Assembly: GCA_041482235.1 (NCBI GenBank)
Contig: JBGPDK010000003.1
Coordinates: forward strand, 1 to 58,837
DNA from: Thermoanaerobaculia bacterium
Lineage (GTDB): Bacteria > Acidobacteriota > Thermoanaerobaculia > UBA5066
Length of the DNA stretch: 58,837 nucleotides
Reading direction: 5' to 3'
The notes under the pieces are model-generated. The model made no database searches and had not been told where the DNA came from. It saw only the letters and a program-made list of their open reading frames with translations. Shown here piece by piece: positions 35,307 through 44,880 of the stretch. The stretch's first letter is position 1. Each line of letters begins with the position of its first letter. The position numbers and the translations under genes were made by a program.

Positions 35307-36055
35307 TGCACCCATTCCCATCCCCACAGTTGTTCCCTATCGGCCGGGTCGAACCGGCGCACCGCGTCGCCCTCGGCCTCTTTCATCCAGCGCACAAAGT
35401 CGGCTTCCGGCTGGACGATGAGGTCGCCCTTCATCTTGTAGTGGGCCCACCCGCACATCTGCGAGCAGGCGATCTCGAAGTTGCCCGGCTTCAGCGCCTG
35501 AAACCACGTGCGCGTAACGTAGCCGGGGTTCGCATCGTGCTTGAGGCGGAAGTTCGGGATGTAGAAGCTGTGGATCACGTCCTTCGCCTTCAGGTTCACC
35601 ATCACCGGCCGTCCCACGGGTACCCGCATCTCGTTCAGCGCGACGACGTCGTCCGGCGTGTTGAAGACGCCGTCGGGGCCCGCGTAGCGGATGTTCCATG
35701 CCCACTGCTGGGGCATCACCTCCACCCGGATCGTGTCGGGCGAAGTGGGCCAGTTGTAGGTGTACTCCTTGACGTCGATCTGCGAGACCCTCACGAGATT
35801 CAAGTCGATCGTGAAGAAGACGAGGGCTGCGAGGATGCCCGTGACGGCGAAGCTCTTGCGATCCGTCCCGTGGGTGTACAGGGCCTTCACGCCCGGCCGC
35901 GCCCGGTACTTCCAGGACGAGTAAACGAGCGCGAACGTGACGAGCGCGAACGCGATGACGCACAGGAGCGTCGTGTACCAGAAGAGGGCCTCCGCCCGCC
36001 AGCCGTCCCGCGAGACGTCCACGGTCGTCAGCCAGGAAAAGGGCCACTGGTGCAT
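35303..36055 (-). CDS. ctaC: Cytochrome c oxidase subunit II (CuA)
   Basis: Two TM helices, QQWAW, DVIHSF, CSQMCGWAHYKM. Confidence 0.93.
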   Translation of the reverse strand: MHQWPFSWLTTVDVSRDGWRAEALFWYTTLLCVIAFALVTFALVYSSWKYRARPGVKALYTHGTDRKSFAVTGILAALVFFTIDLNLVRVSQIDVKEYTYNWPTSPDTIRVEVMPQQWAWNIRYAGPDGVFNTPDDVVALNEMRVPVGRPVMVNLKAKDVIHSFYIPNFRLKHDANPGYVTRTWFQALKPGNFEIACSQMCGWAHYKMKGDLIVQPEADFVRWMKEAEGDAVRRFDPADREQLWGWEWVQ

Positions 36056-36162
36056 TTCGTCCCCTCGGGGGCGGTTATAAGGGGAACAGAGTCTCAGTTC
36101 AAGTCAACCCGCGACTCGTTCTAGAATCCGGACAGAGACTCATTCCAAGGAGGAGCGAAACG

Positions 36163-36411
36163 ATGGGCGACGAGACCTCCCACAAGGGCCACAGGGCGGT
36201 GCTGGTCTTTCTGATCGCGCTCTGCGCCTACGGGGTCCTTCCCGTCTTCGGCATCGGCTTCTACCGGAACGGCTCGGGCCAGCTGTTCTTCCAGCTCTGG
36301 TACCTCGTCGGCTTCATGCTCATCGGCTTCCTGCTCATGCACGAGCTCATCACGCCGCTGCCGCCGAAGGACGCCGATCAGGGGGAAGCGCCTAGTCGAA
36401 CCGGACGCTGA
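36163..36411 (+). CDS. Small two-TM membrane protein of unknown function
   Basis: AAGGAGGAG RBS and TAGAAT at 36122-36127; two hydrophobic helices. Confidence 0.65.
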   Translation: MGDETSHKGHRAVLVFLIALCAYGVLPVFGIGFYRNGSGQLFFQLWYLVGFMLIGFLLMHELITPLPPKDADQGEAPSRTGR

Positions 36412-39400
36412 CGAGCTTCGACACGCCCGGCTCTTCCTGCGTGACTCCGTAGAGGGCCTGCGCGGTCTCCATCGTCCTCTTGTTGTGCGTGATGAGGACG
36501 AACTGCGTCTCCTCGGAAAGCTCCACGAGGAGCGACGTGAAGCGGTCGATGTTCGCCTCGTCGAGCGAGGCGTCGACCTCGTCGAGGATACAGAACGGCG
36601 ACGGCTTGTACTTGAAGATCGCGACGAGGAGCGCGACGGCCGTGAGCGCCTTCTCGCCGCCCGACAGGAGGCCGATCGTCTGGTTCCGCTTGCCGGGAGG
36701 CTGCGCCATGATCTCGAGTCCCGAGTCGAGGGGATCGCCCTCGTCGAGAAGATGCATCGAGGCCGAGCCGCCGCGGAAGAGGCGCTGGAAGACCTGGCCG
36801 AAGTTGAAGTTGACGGCCGCGAAGGCCTCCTGAAAGCGCTCCGACGACGTCACGTTGATCGTCTTGATCGTCTCGAGGATCTGGGCGAGCGACGCCTCGA
36901 GGTCGGCCTTCTGGCCCGACAGCTCCGCGAGCCTCGCGCTTTCGACCTTGTACTCCTCGAGCGCCGCGTGATTGACGGGGCCGAGTCGCTCGAGCGCGAG
37001 TGAACGGGCCGCCACGTCTTCGGCGAGGGCGGCTTCGAGCGCCTCTTCGGTCAGCTCCGCTTCGGCTTCGGTGCGCGGGGCGGCCGGAAGCTCTCCCGGC
37101 ATGCAGCCGAACTCGTTCCGGCACTGCTCGAGGAGGTGATACTGCTCGGCCTTGTGACGCTCGAGGGCGAGTTCGGCCTCGAAGCGCGTCCGGCGCACGG
37201 CGTCGAGGGCCTCGCGGGCGGCGGCAGCCTCCGTTTCGGTGGCCGCGCGCGCCTCGCGCCGCGACGTGGCCGCCTCGTCGTCGGCGGCGCGCCGCCGCTC
37301 GGCCTCGGCCGCGGCGATCGCCGCCGAGGTCCGCGCCGTCCGGGCGGTCTCTCCGGCGGTGAGAGCCTGCGCGCGCCTGCCCCCGACTTCGACGAGCGCG
37401 TCGGCGAGGTCGGCCACGCGGCGCGCCGCGTCGCGGGCGCGGTCTTCGGCCGTCGCCGAGGCGGAGGCGAGGGAGCGGACGCGCTCGACGAGCACGTCCC
37501 GCCCGTTGCGCGCGCCGGCGTCGGCCTCGGCGGCCGCGAGGCGCGCGGAGCGCGCGGTGTCGAGCGCCGTCTCGAGCTCCGACAACGTGCGCTCCACGGT
37601 GGCCACCTCGGACTGCCGCTGCGCGGCGAGGCGGGCCGCCTCGGCGCGGCTTTCGCCGGCTTTCGCGAGATCCTGGCGGAGCGCGCTGTCCTCTTCGGCG
37701 AGGATGCGCACCTCCTGGGCGGCGCGCTCCTCCTCCGTGCGTGCGGCCGCGCGCTTCGTCTCGGCCTCCGAGTGCGCGCGCTCGGCGGCGCCTCTCGCGG
37801 AGAGTGCGGCGTCGAGGGTTGTCGCGAACGTGCCGGCTTGCGCCGCGAGGGCGCCGATCTCGGCGTCTGCCGCCGCGAGCTTCGCCGCGAGGCCGCCGCG
37901 CTCTCCGGCGAGGTGCTGGAGGTCGCGCCGGACCGTGAAGAGGCCCTCGCCGGGGACTTCGGTCCCGGCGGCTTCGACGACGGCGCCGCGCACGACGACG
38001 CCGTCGATCGTGACGAGCGTGCGCTCGGGATGCAGCGCCGCGAGCGCGAGCGCGTCGTCCACGTTAGCCACGACGACGGCATCGGGCAGCGCGGACGCCG
38101 GCGCGCCGGCGGACTTCGCGGCGAGCAGCTCCCGCGCGATCCCGAGGACGCGCGGGTCCTTCGGCTTCAGGGGAAACGGCGTCTCCGGCAGCGGGTGCAC
38201 GAAACGCGCCGCGCCGAGCTTCTTCTCGCGCACGGAGGCGAGGGCGGCGTCGAGCGCAACGCGGCTCTCGAGCACGGGGGCCTCGAGGGCGGAGCCGAGA
38301 GCGGCGTCCAGGGCCACCTCGAAACCGACCGCGGCGTCGAAGTGATCCGCGAGGACCCCCGGCGGCGCGATGCCCGCGGCCTCGAGCGCCCGGCGCGCCG
38401 ACTCGCCCCCGGCTTCGCGCGCGGCGAGCGTCGTCTCGAGCGCGGCGGCGCGGACATCGACGGCGTGAAGGGCCGCGACGTGGGCCTCGCGCGCGGCTTT
38501 GAGTGTCGCGAGGCGGTCCTCGGCGGCACGGCGGCCGTGGCTGGCTTCCTCGAGATGCCGGCGCGCGGCCTCGAGGCCCGACGATGCCGCGCCGAGGAGC
38601 GCGCCGGCGTCGGCGGAAGCGCTCTTCCGCTCTTCCACGAGCGCCTCGCCGCGCGCCCGCCGCTCCTCGAGCTTCGCGAGCGCGAAACCGAGGCGGTCGA
38701 CGAGCAGGGCGGCGTCTCGCTCGCGGTTCGTGGCCTCGGCGGAGCGTCCCGCCGCCGCGAGAAGGTCGCTCCGCGAGCCCTCGCGGCGCCCCGTGACGTC
38801 GGCCTCGCGGGCGGACACCTCGGCAAGAGCCTGGGCAGCCGCCGCTGCTGCCGCTGCCGCCCCGGCGAGCGCGGCCTCCGCCTCCTCCCGGGCCTTCACC
38901 GTGCGCCCCGCTTCCTCGACGAACCGGCCGTGATCGGATTCCGACTCCGTGCGCTGAGCTTCGAGCAGCTCCCGGCGCGCGGCGGCCTCCTCGGCTTCCC
39001 GCGCGGCCGCCGCCACGGCGGCCTCGGCGGCGAGGAGCGCTTCGCGCGCGCGAGCGAGGGCGTCGCCCGCTTCACGGATCGAGCGTTCGTCCTCGTCGGC
39101 GACACGGCGGGCCTCCGTGAGCCGGGCCTCGAGGCGAGCGAGTGCCGCGAGGGCCGCGCCTTCGGCGTCGATCGCGGACGCCAGGGCCGCCTCGCCCCCG
39201 GCGAAGCCGGCCTGAAGCCGATCGGCGCGCAGCCGCGCGAGCTTCTTTTTCTTTTCCAGGAGCAGGTCGGCCTGCTCTTTCCAGCGCGCGGCGCGCGAGG
39301 CCTGGCGCTTCAGCGAAGCGCACGTGCGGTCGATCTCCTGGACGATGTCCGTGAGGCGCAGGAGGTTTCCGCGCGTCTCCTCGAGTCTCACTTCGGCCTG

Positions 39401-39931
39401 GCGCTTGCGGATCTTGTATTTCGAGACGCCCGCCGCCTCCTCGATGAGCCGGCGGCGATCCTGCGGCTTGGTCGAGAGGATCAGGTCGATCTTCTGCTGC
39501 TCGAGGATCGAGTACGCGCGCACGCCGAGGCCGGTGCCGAGGAGAATCTCCTGAACGTCCTTGAGGCGCGACCTCTTGCCGTTGAGGATGTAGTCGCTCT
39601 CGCCGTCGCGCGTGACGCGCCGCGTGATGACCACCTCGCCGCCCGTTTCGGCCCACTGCTCGCCGCTGCGCGACTCGAGCGTGAGCGCGACCTCCGCCAT
39701 CCCGAGCGGGCGCCGGCGGGCGGCTCCGTTGAAGATGACGTCCTCCATCGTCGTGCCGCGCAGATTGCGCGCCGACTGCTCGCCGAGAACCCATTGCACG
39801 GCGTCGCAGATGTTCGACTTGCCCGCCCCGTTGGGGCCGACGATCGCGGTGATGCGCGACGGAAGCGTGACCGACGTGCGGTCCACGAAGGACTTGAAGC
39901 CCTGGATCTCGAGTTTTCTCAGTCGGAACAT
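36392..39931 (-). CDS. smc: Chromosome segregation protein SMC
   Basis: GFKSF, GPNGAGKSN, coiled coils and hinge, LSGGEK, ILDEVDASLD, ITH. Confidence 0.97.
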   Translation of the reverse strand: MFRLRKLEIQGFKSFVDRTSVTLPSRITAIVGPNGAGKSNICDAVQWVLGEQSARNLRGTTMEDVIFNGAARRRPLGMAEVALTLESRSGEQWAETGGEVVITRRVTRDGESDYILNGKRSRLKDVQEILLGTGLGVRAYSILEQQKIDLILSTKPQDRRRLIEEAAGVSKYKIRKRQAEVRLEETRGNLLRLTDIVQEIDRTCASLKRQASRAARWKEQADLLLEKKKKLARLRADRLQAGFAGGEAALASAIDAEGAALAALARLEARLTEARRVADEDERSIREAGDALARAREALLAAEAAVAAAAREAEEAAARRELLEAQRTESESDHGRFVEEAGRTVKAREEAEAALAGAAAAAAAAAQALAEVSAREADVTGRREGSRSDLLAAAGRSAEATNRERDAALLVDRLGFALAKLEERRARGEALVEERKSASADAGALLGAASSGLEAARRHLEEASHGRRAAEDRLATLKAAREAHVAALHAVDVRAAALETTLAAREAGGESARRALEAAGIAPPGVLADHFDAAVGFEVALDAALGSALEAPVLESRVALDAALASVREKKLGAARFVHPLPETPFPLKPKDPRVLGIARELLAAKSAGAPASALPDAVVVANVDDALALAALHPERTLVTIDGVVVRGAVVEAAGTEVPGEGLFTVRRDLQHLAGERGGLAAKLAAADAEIGALAAQAGTFATTLDAALSARGAAERAHSEAETKRAAARTEEERAAQEVRILAEEDSALRQDLAKAGESRAEAARLAAQRQSEVATVERTLSELETALDTARSARLAAAEADAGARNGRDVLVERVRSLASASATAEDRARDAARRVADLADALVEVGGRRAQALTAGETARTARTSAAIAAAEAERRRAADDEAATSRREARAATETEAAAAREALDAVRRTRFEAELALERHKAEQYHLLEQCRNEFGCMPGELPAAPRTEAEAELTEEALEAALAEDVAARSLALERLGPVNHAALEEYKVESARLAELSGQKADLEASLAQILETIKTINVTSSERFQEAFAAVNFNFGQVFQRLFRGGSASMHLLDEGDPLDSGLEIMAQPPGKRNQTIGLLSGGEKALTAVALLVAIFKYKPSPFCILDEVDASLDEANIDRFTSLLVELSEETQFVLITHNKRTMETAQALYGVTQEEPGVSKLVSVRFD

Positions 39932-39950
39932 GAACGTCCCGAGCCTACCA

Positions 39951-40946
39951 CTACATTTTGAGGTATCGCCGGCCCGGGGACGCCACCGGCTGCGGTTTCG
40001 GGGTCGAGCGGGGAGCCGTGTCGAGGGCCTTCAGGAGGCCCGAGCGCGAGCTCACGCCGAGCTTGCAGAAGACGTGCTTCAGGTGGTCCTTGACGGTCCA
40101 CTCCGTGATGAAGAGGCGGCGCGCGATCTCCGCGTTGCGAAGCCCCTCGAGCACCGCGCCCACGACTTCGGCCTCGCGTCCGGAGACTCCGCGCGTGGCG
40201 AGCCTCTCGCGCACGTCCTCGAGAGAGAGAGCCGACTGGACCCTCAGCGTGAGGACGGCGACGTCGTCCTCCTCGTCGTCCGCGAAGCGCGCGACCGAGG
40301 CCTCGAGAGCGCGGCCGTCGGCGAAAGTGGCGCGCAGCTTCTCGCCCGCCGCGGCCCCCGCTCCGAGGCGCGCGATCCACGTCGCGAGCGAGGTTTCGCG
40401 GCCGTCTTGAGGGAGGACGACGAGAGGGCCCCGGGCCGAGAGGAGCGCCGCCGCGGCGCGATTCGCGTAGAGCACGGCGCCCGACGGCCGGATGAGGAGG
40501 ATCGGCGTGGACGCGGCCTCGGCCGCGCTCTCGAGCCGGCGGCGCGCCGCCGCATGGATTTCTGCGGCCGCGGCGCTCTCGAGGAGCTGGGCGAGTAGCG
40601 GCCGGAGGACCTCGAACCGCCGGACCTCGGGCTCCGTCCACGGCCTCCGCGGCCCCCGAAGCAGCGTAAGCGCCCCGCGAAGGAGACCCATCAGGTGGAA
40701 CTCCACGGCCAGGGATTCCGCCGGCCCGGGGCGCCGCCGGGCCAGGCGCACGGGACTCGTCGTGAACACGCGGCTCCGCAGCGCCTGCCAGCGGAAGCGC
40801 TGCCCGGATGGCTCGAAGAGATACTCCATCTCGACGGAATCCGGGTCGAGGACCGAGCGCAGGGTGCCGACGATGCGCGTCAGCGTCGTGGCGTGGCGCC
40901 CCCGGAAGGGCGGTCCGTCGAGCGGGGAAACCTGCATGCCAGACAT
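39951..40946 (-). CDS. LuxR-type HTH regulator with a central PAS-like segment
   Basis: ILLIRPSGAVLYANRAA; SGREAEV...GLRNAEIARRLFITEWTVKDHLKHVFCKLGVSSR. Confidence 0.85.
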   Translation of the reverse strand: MSGMQVSPLDGPPFRGRHATTLTRIVGTLRSVLDPDSVEMEYLFEPSGQRFRWQALRSRVFTTSPVRLARRRPGPAESLAVEFHLMGLLRGALTLLRGPRRPWTEPEVRRFEVLRPLLAQLLESAAAAEIHAAARRRLESAAEAASTPILLIRPSGAVLYANRAAAALLSARGPLVVLPQDGRETSLATWIARLGAGAAAGEKLRATFADGRALEASVARFADDEEDDVAVLTLRVQSALSLEDVRERLATRGVSGREAEVVGAVLEGLRNAEIARRLFITEWTVKDHLKHVFCKLGVSSRSGLLKALDTAPRSTPKPQPVASPGRRYLKM

Positions 40947-41090
40947 TCAGCCCCCCCTGTGATTCTAAGCGCCCCCGATCGACGGCCGTCGTCGTTCAAT
41001 TTGTGTTGACGCCCGGCAGACAACCGCCAGCCCCCGTGATAGACTCCTGCCTGTACAGGCACCTATCTCCCACCGGCGAGGATCCGTTCC

Positions 41091-42998
41091 ATGTTGAGCT
41101 TTGAAGTCCGCAAGACGGGCGGCGAATCGGAAGTTCGCAAGGTCCATCGGGATGTCATCCACATCGGCGCATCGACGGGAAATGATCTCGTTGTGCGCGC
41201 TCGCGGTGTCCTCGGCCGGCACGCCCGAATCTCTGTAGCGGGAGAGGAGCTTCGCCTCGAGGTGCTCGGGAGCGCGCCCGGCTCGGACGTGACCCTGAAC
41301 GGCTCGATCGTCAAGTCCGCCGCCCTCGCGGCCGGCGACCGGATCGCCATCGGCGAGGCCACGATCACGCTTCTGAACGGTCCGGCCCCGAATCCGAACC
41401 GGATCGCGGCGCCCCCGCCGCGCGGGCACGACGCTCTTTCGCTCGCGGCGGCGGCGCTCGCGCCCGCGATCCCCGCGCCGTCACCGGCAACGGCGCTGGC
41501 CGCGGCCGCGACGCGGCCAGCCGCATCGCCCGGCCGGCTGTCCGGGCCGCCCGCCGAGGTGCCGCGCCGCGTAGACGTGCGGCACCCGGCAGACCCCTGG
41601 CCCGGATTCTTCGAGCGCCTCCACCGGCCGGTCCCCTTCGAGGAGCTGCTCCAGGAAGTCGCGTCCTACATCGCGTCCGCGACGCCCGTACACAGCCTCG
41701 CGTTCATCTCCCTCCTCCCTCCGAACGATGGAGAGGCGATCGCGGCGCTCTGGAAGGGAACGCTTCCGCGCCTCTCCGTCCGGGTTCTCGCGGAAGCGCA
41801 CGAGAAATCCGTGTCCTGGGAGGTCCTCGAGTCGGGCGCGCGCCTGCGCGTTTTCCCGGTGCCTCGGCCAGGAGGCGAGCCCGTCGGCCTTCTCCTGGTG
41901 CCGGCCGAGACGGTTTCCGATCCCGTGCTTCTCGATTTCGTCGCCCACGCCGCCTCCGCCATCGGGTTCGCGCACGCCGAGCGGAGCGAGGCGGCCTTTG
42001 GCGAGCGCGGTGCCTCGCCGGCGTTCGTTCCCTCCGCGGGCTCCCTGGAGGATCCGCTCGCGCTCCTCGTCGGCGGGTCCCTGCCGCTGTCGAATCTCAA
42101 GGCCTCGCTGTCGCGTGTGGCGTCGGCGCGCGCGCCAATCCTGCTAGTGGGGGACGTCGGCAGCGGGAAGACCCTCGTGGCCGAGACGCTCCACGCCCTC
42201 TCGCCGCGGCGGGGACGCCCGCTCATGCGGGTGGCGGCCACGGCCGCCAGTCCCCAGGCGCTCGAGGAGGAGCTGCTCGGCGCGCCCGCCGCGGGCGATC
42301 GCCGGCGGCGGGTCGGCCGGCTGTTCGAAGCCGATGGAGGCACGCTTCTCGTCGAGGAGGTGGGTGACCTGCCCGGGCCCACCCAGGCGCTCCTGTTCCG
42401 GCTCCTCGAGGCCCGCGAGGTGACGGCGCCGGGCGGACGGACCGTGCCGGTCGACGTGCGCGTGATCGGCACGACCTCGCGGTCCCTCACGCGCGCCGTC
42501 GAGGACGGCGCCTTCCGGGACGACCTCTACTTCCGCATCTCGGCGCTCACGCTGCGGATTCCGCCGCTCAAGGATCGCAAGGAGGACATTCCGGCCCTCC
42601 TCGACGCGCTCGCGGCGCGCCACGGCGGCCCCGTGGCGGAGCAGTTCGACGTCGAGGCGATGAACGCCCTCCTCAACTACCAGTACCCCGGCAACGTGCG
42701 CGAGCTCGAAAACGAGGTGCGCCGCCTTGCCGCGCAAGTCGGGCCCGGCGCCATCGTTCTGGCCGACCTCGACCAGAAGTTCTCGGGCGAGCACGTGGAG
42801 CTCGCGCTCAAGGAGAGCGACGACCTCAAGGAGATCGTCGAGAAGGTGGAACGGCAGGTCATCGAGCGCGTCATGCGCAAGGTGCGCGGAAACCAGTCGC
42901 TCGGCGCGCGGCTCCTGAACATCTCGCGGGGCAGCCTGATCGCGAAGATGAAGGAGTACGACATCAAAGACTTCCGGTATCTCAAGCGCGGGGAATGA
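41091..42998 (+). CDS. FHA-like + sigma54-activator-type AAA+ + Fis HTH regulator, atypical (no GAFTGA)
   Basis: GDVGSGKT, FRDDLYFR, YPGNVRELEN, GNQSLGARLLNISR. Confidence 0.88.
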   Translation: MLSFEVRKTGGESEVRKVHRDVIHIGASTGNDLVVRARGVLGRHARISVAGEELRLEVLGSAPGSDVTLNGSIVKSAALAAGDRIAIGEATITLLNGPAPNPNRIAAPPPRGHDALSLAAAALAPAIPAPSPATALAAAATRPAASPGRLSGPPAEVPRRVDVRHPADPWPGFFERLHRPVPFEELLQEVASYIASATPVHSLAFISLLPPNDGEAIAALWKGTLPRLSVRVLAEAHEKSVSWEVLESGARLRVFPVPRPGGEPVGLLLVPAETVSDPVLLDFVAHAASAIGFAHAERSEAAFGERGASPAFVPSAGSLEDPLALLVGGSLPLSNLKASLSRVASARAPILLVGDVGSGKTLVAETLHALSPRRGRPLMRVAATAASPQALEEELLGAPAAGDRRRRVGRLFEADGGTLLVEEVGDLPGPTQALLFRLLEAREVTAPGGRTVPVDVRVIGTTSRSLTRAVEDGAFRDDLYFRISALTLRIPPLKDRKEDIPALLDALAARHGGPVAEQFDVEAMNALLNYQYPGNVRELENEVRRLAAQVGPGAIVLADLDQKFSGEHVELALKESDDLKEIVEKVERQVIERVMRKVRGNQSLGARLLNISRGSLIAKMKEYDIKDFRYLKRGE

Positions 42999-43029
42999 TC
43001 CCGGGCGGCCGGGTCGCTAGACTGACGGC

Positions 43030-44412
43030 GTGTCCGATCTCGACACCCGGGCCTTCCGGCGCTCGTTGACCCTCGTCCTCGCGGTGCTCGGCCTGTTGAC
43101 GGCGGGCGCCGTCGTGCTCTTCGGGCATCTCCTCTTCAAGTCGCTCTCACGCGACGTGGTCAACGACGCCATTCTCCACACGAAGCTGGACGCGGAGCGG
43201 CTCGCCCGCGGCATCGCGGAGCGCTCGTCGGGGGACCCGTACGTCCTGAAGCTCAAGCAGACGGAAATCGACCGGCTCGTCTCGACGGGCCTGTCGGAGC
43301 GGCAGATCCTGACGGAGGTCGAGGTCCTCGACAGCGCGAAGAAGGAGGTTCTCTACGCGTATCGGGGCACGCTCACGGTGCCCGACCGCAAGGCCCAACC
43401 CGGCGCCGAGGGACTGAAGGTCCTCGACGTGAAGCCGGCGGAGCCCGGTACGACGGCGCGCAGCTGGAGCCTCGAGACGCCCGAGCCCGATCCGTACGAT
43501 CTGGAGGTTCCCATCAGCGACTTCGCGTGGTTGCGCTTCACGGTCTCCCGGCGCGTGCTCGCCGAGCGGGTCGAGAAGCTGCGGCGCGAGCTCTACCTCA
43601 GGACGTTCGCCGCCGCCGTCGTGTCCCTGCTCGGCATTCTCGCGGCCTCCTCGGCTGTCATCCTGCTTTACCGGCGCACGCGGCGGGTGGAAGCGGCGCG
43701 CCTCGAGGCCGAGCGGCGCGCCGAGCTGGGCGAGGTGGCGGCAGGCCTCGCGCACGAGATCCGGAATCCGTTGAACGCCATGGGCCTCAATCTGGAGCTC
43801 CTCGAAGAGCAGCTCGCGCACGCGGGCCCGGGCTCGGTCGAAAGCGTTCCCAGGGCCTCGGCCGCGGATCTCGCGCAGGCCGCGCGCCTCGAGACGGGCC
43901 GGCTCGCGCGCCTCCTCACGGATTTTCTTTCGTACGCGCGCCCGTCGCCGCTCAGCCCCGTTTCCGCCGACCTGAATGAGGCCGCAGGCGAGGCGGTCGC
44001 CTTCCTCCAGCCCGAGGCGGGGCGCCGCCACATCCTGCTCACGTTCTCGCCTCACGCGGAAGGCGCGCCCGCGCGGCTGGACCCGGCGCGCGTGCGCCAG
44101 GTCGTGCTCAACCTCGTCGGCAACGCGCTCGACGCGGTGGAGGCGGAGGGGGCCGCCGCGCGCGAGGTGGAGGCGCGCGTCGAGGACGCGGGGAGCTTCT
44201 GGCGGCTCACGGTCGCCGACCACGGGCCCGGCGTGCCGACCGCGAGGACGGCCGACCTCTTCAAGCTCTTCGTGTCGACGAAGCCGGCAGGCACGGGCCT
44301 CGGCCTCCCGATCGCCGAGCGCATCGTCCGGGCGCACGGCGGCACGCTGACGCTCTCCTCGTCGCCCGGCGAGCCGACGAGGGCCGTGGCGACGTTCCCG
44401 AAAGGACGCTGA
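43030..44412 (+). CDS. Membrane sensor histidine kinase
   Basis: Two TM helices; LAHEIRNPL, NLVGNALDA, DHGPG, GTGLGL. Confidence 0.93.
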   Translation: MSDLDTRAFRRSLTLVLAVLGLLTAGAVVLFGHLLFKSLSRDVVNDAILHTKLDAERLARGIAERSSGDPYVLKLKQTEIDRLVSTGLSERQILTEVEVLDSAKKEVLYAYRGTLTVPDRKAQPGAEGLKVLDVKPAEPGTTARSWSLETPEPDPYDLEVPISDFAWLRFTVSRRVLAERVEKLRRELYLRTFAAAVVSLLGILAASSAVILLYRRTRRVEAARLEAERRAELGEVAAGLAHEIRNPLNAMGLNLELLEEQLAHAGPGSVESVPRASAADLAQAARLETGRLARLLTDFLSYARPSPLSPVSADLNEAAGEAVAFLQPEAGRRHILLTFSPHAEGAPARLDPARVRQVVLNLVGNALDAVEAEGAAAREVEARVEDAGSFWRLTVADHGPGVPTARTADLFKLFVSTKPAGTGLGLPIAERIVRAHGGTLTLSSSPGEPTRAVATFPKGR

Positions 44413-44415
44413 GGC

Positions 44416-44880
44416 TCAGCGCGGCGGAAGGATCTTCGAGGGGACGGGCCCGGCCTCCCCGCGTTGGAAGGCGAGTATGCGCGCCACGAGCGTCTTCACG
44501 GGCGCCGGGAGCGTCAGCAACAGCTCGCCTTCGGGGTTCAGGATCACCTGCTCCGTCGCGCCGGTCGCGAGCAGCGTCCTCTCCGGCAGGCGGCGAATCT
44601 CGTAGGCCATCGCGAGCCTCGCGGTCTCGGAGGGCGCAAGGACGGCGGAAACTTCCAGCCGGTCGTCCAGCTTCGCGGGCCGCTTGAGGTTCATTTCGAC
44701 CTTCGTGATTGGCACCTTGTAGCCGTGCTCGAGGGCGTCGGCGGGCGTCAGCCCGAACGCCGCACAGAGCGCGTTGCGCGCCACCTCGAAGTACAGCACG
44801 TAATGGCCGTGCCAGACGACACCGTACGAGTCCACTTCGGGAAAACGCACCTCGAAGGAGGTCGAAAACGCGCGCGTCAT
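44416..44880 (-). CDS. Hotdog-fold acyl-CoA/ACP thioesterase (YbgC/4HBT family)
   Basis: VRFPEVDSYGVVWHGHYVLYFEVAR; ATGA overlap with the upstream gene. Confidence 0.9.
   Translation of the reverse strand: MTRAFSTSFEVRFPEVDSYGVVWHGHYVLYFEVARNALCAAFGLTPADALEHGYKVPITKVEMNLKRPAKLDDRLEVSAVLAPSETARLAMAYEIRRLPERTLLATGATEQVILNPEGELLLTLPAPVKTLVARILAFQRGEAGPVPSKILPPR

Noticed and set aside
38840-38865. GCC/GCT triplet run in smc
   Set aside because: Encodes poly-Ala in the coiled coil; not an independent repeat element.
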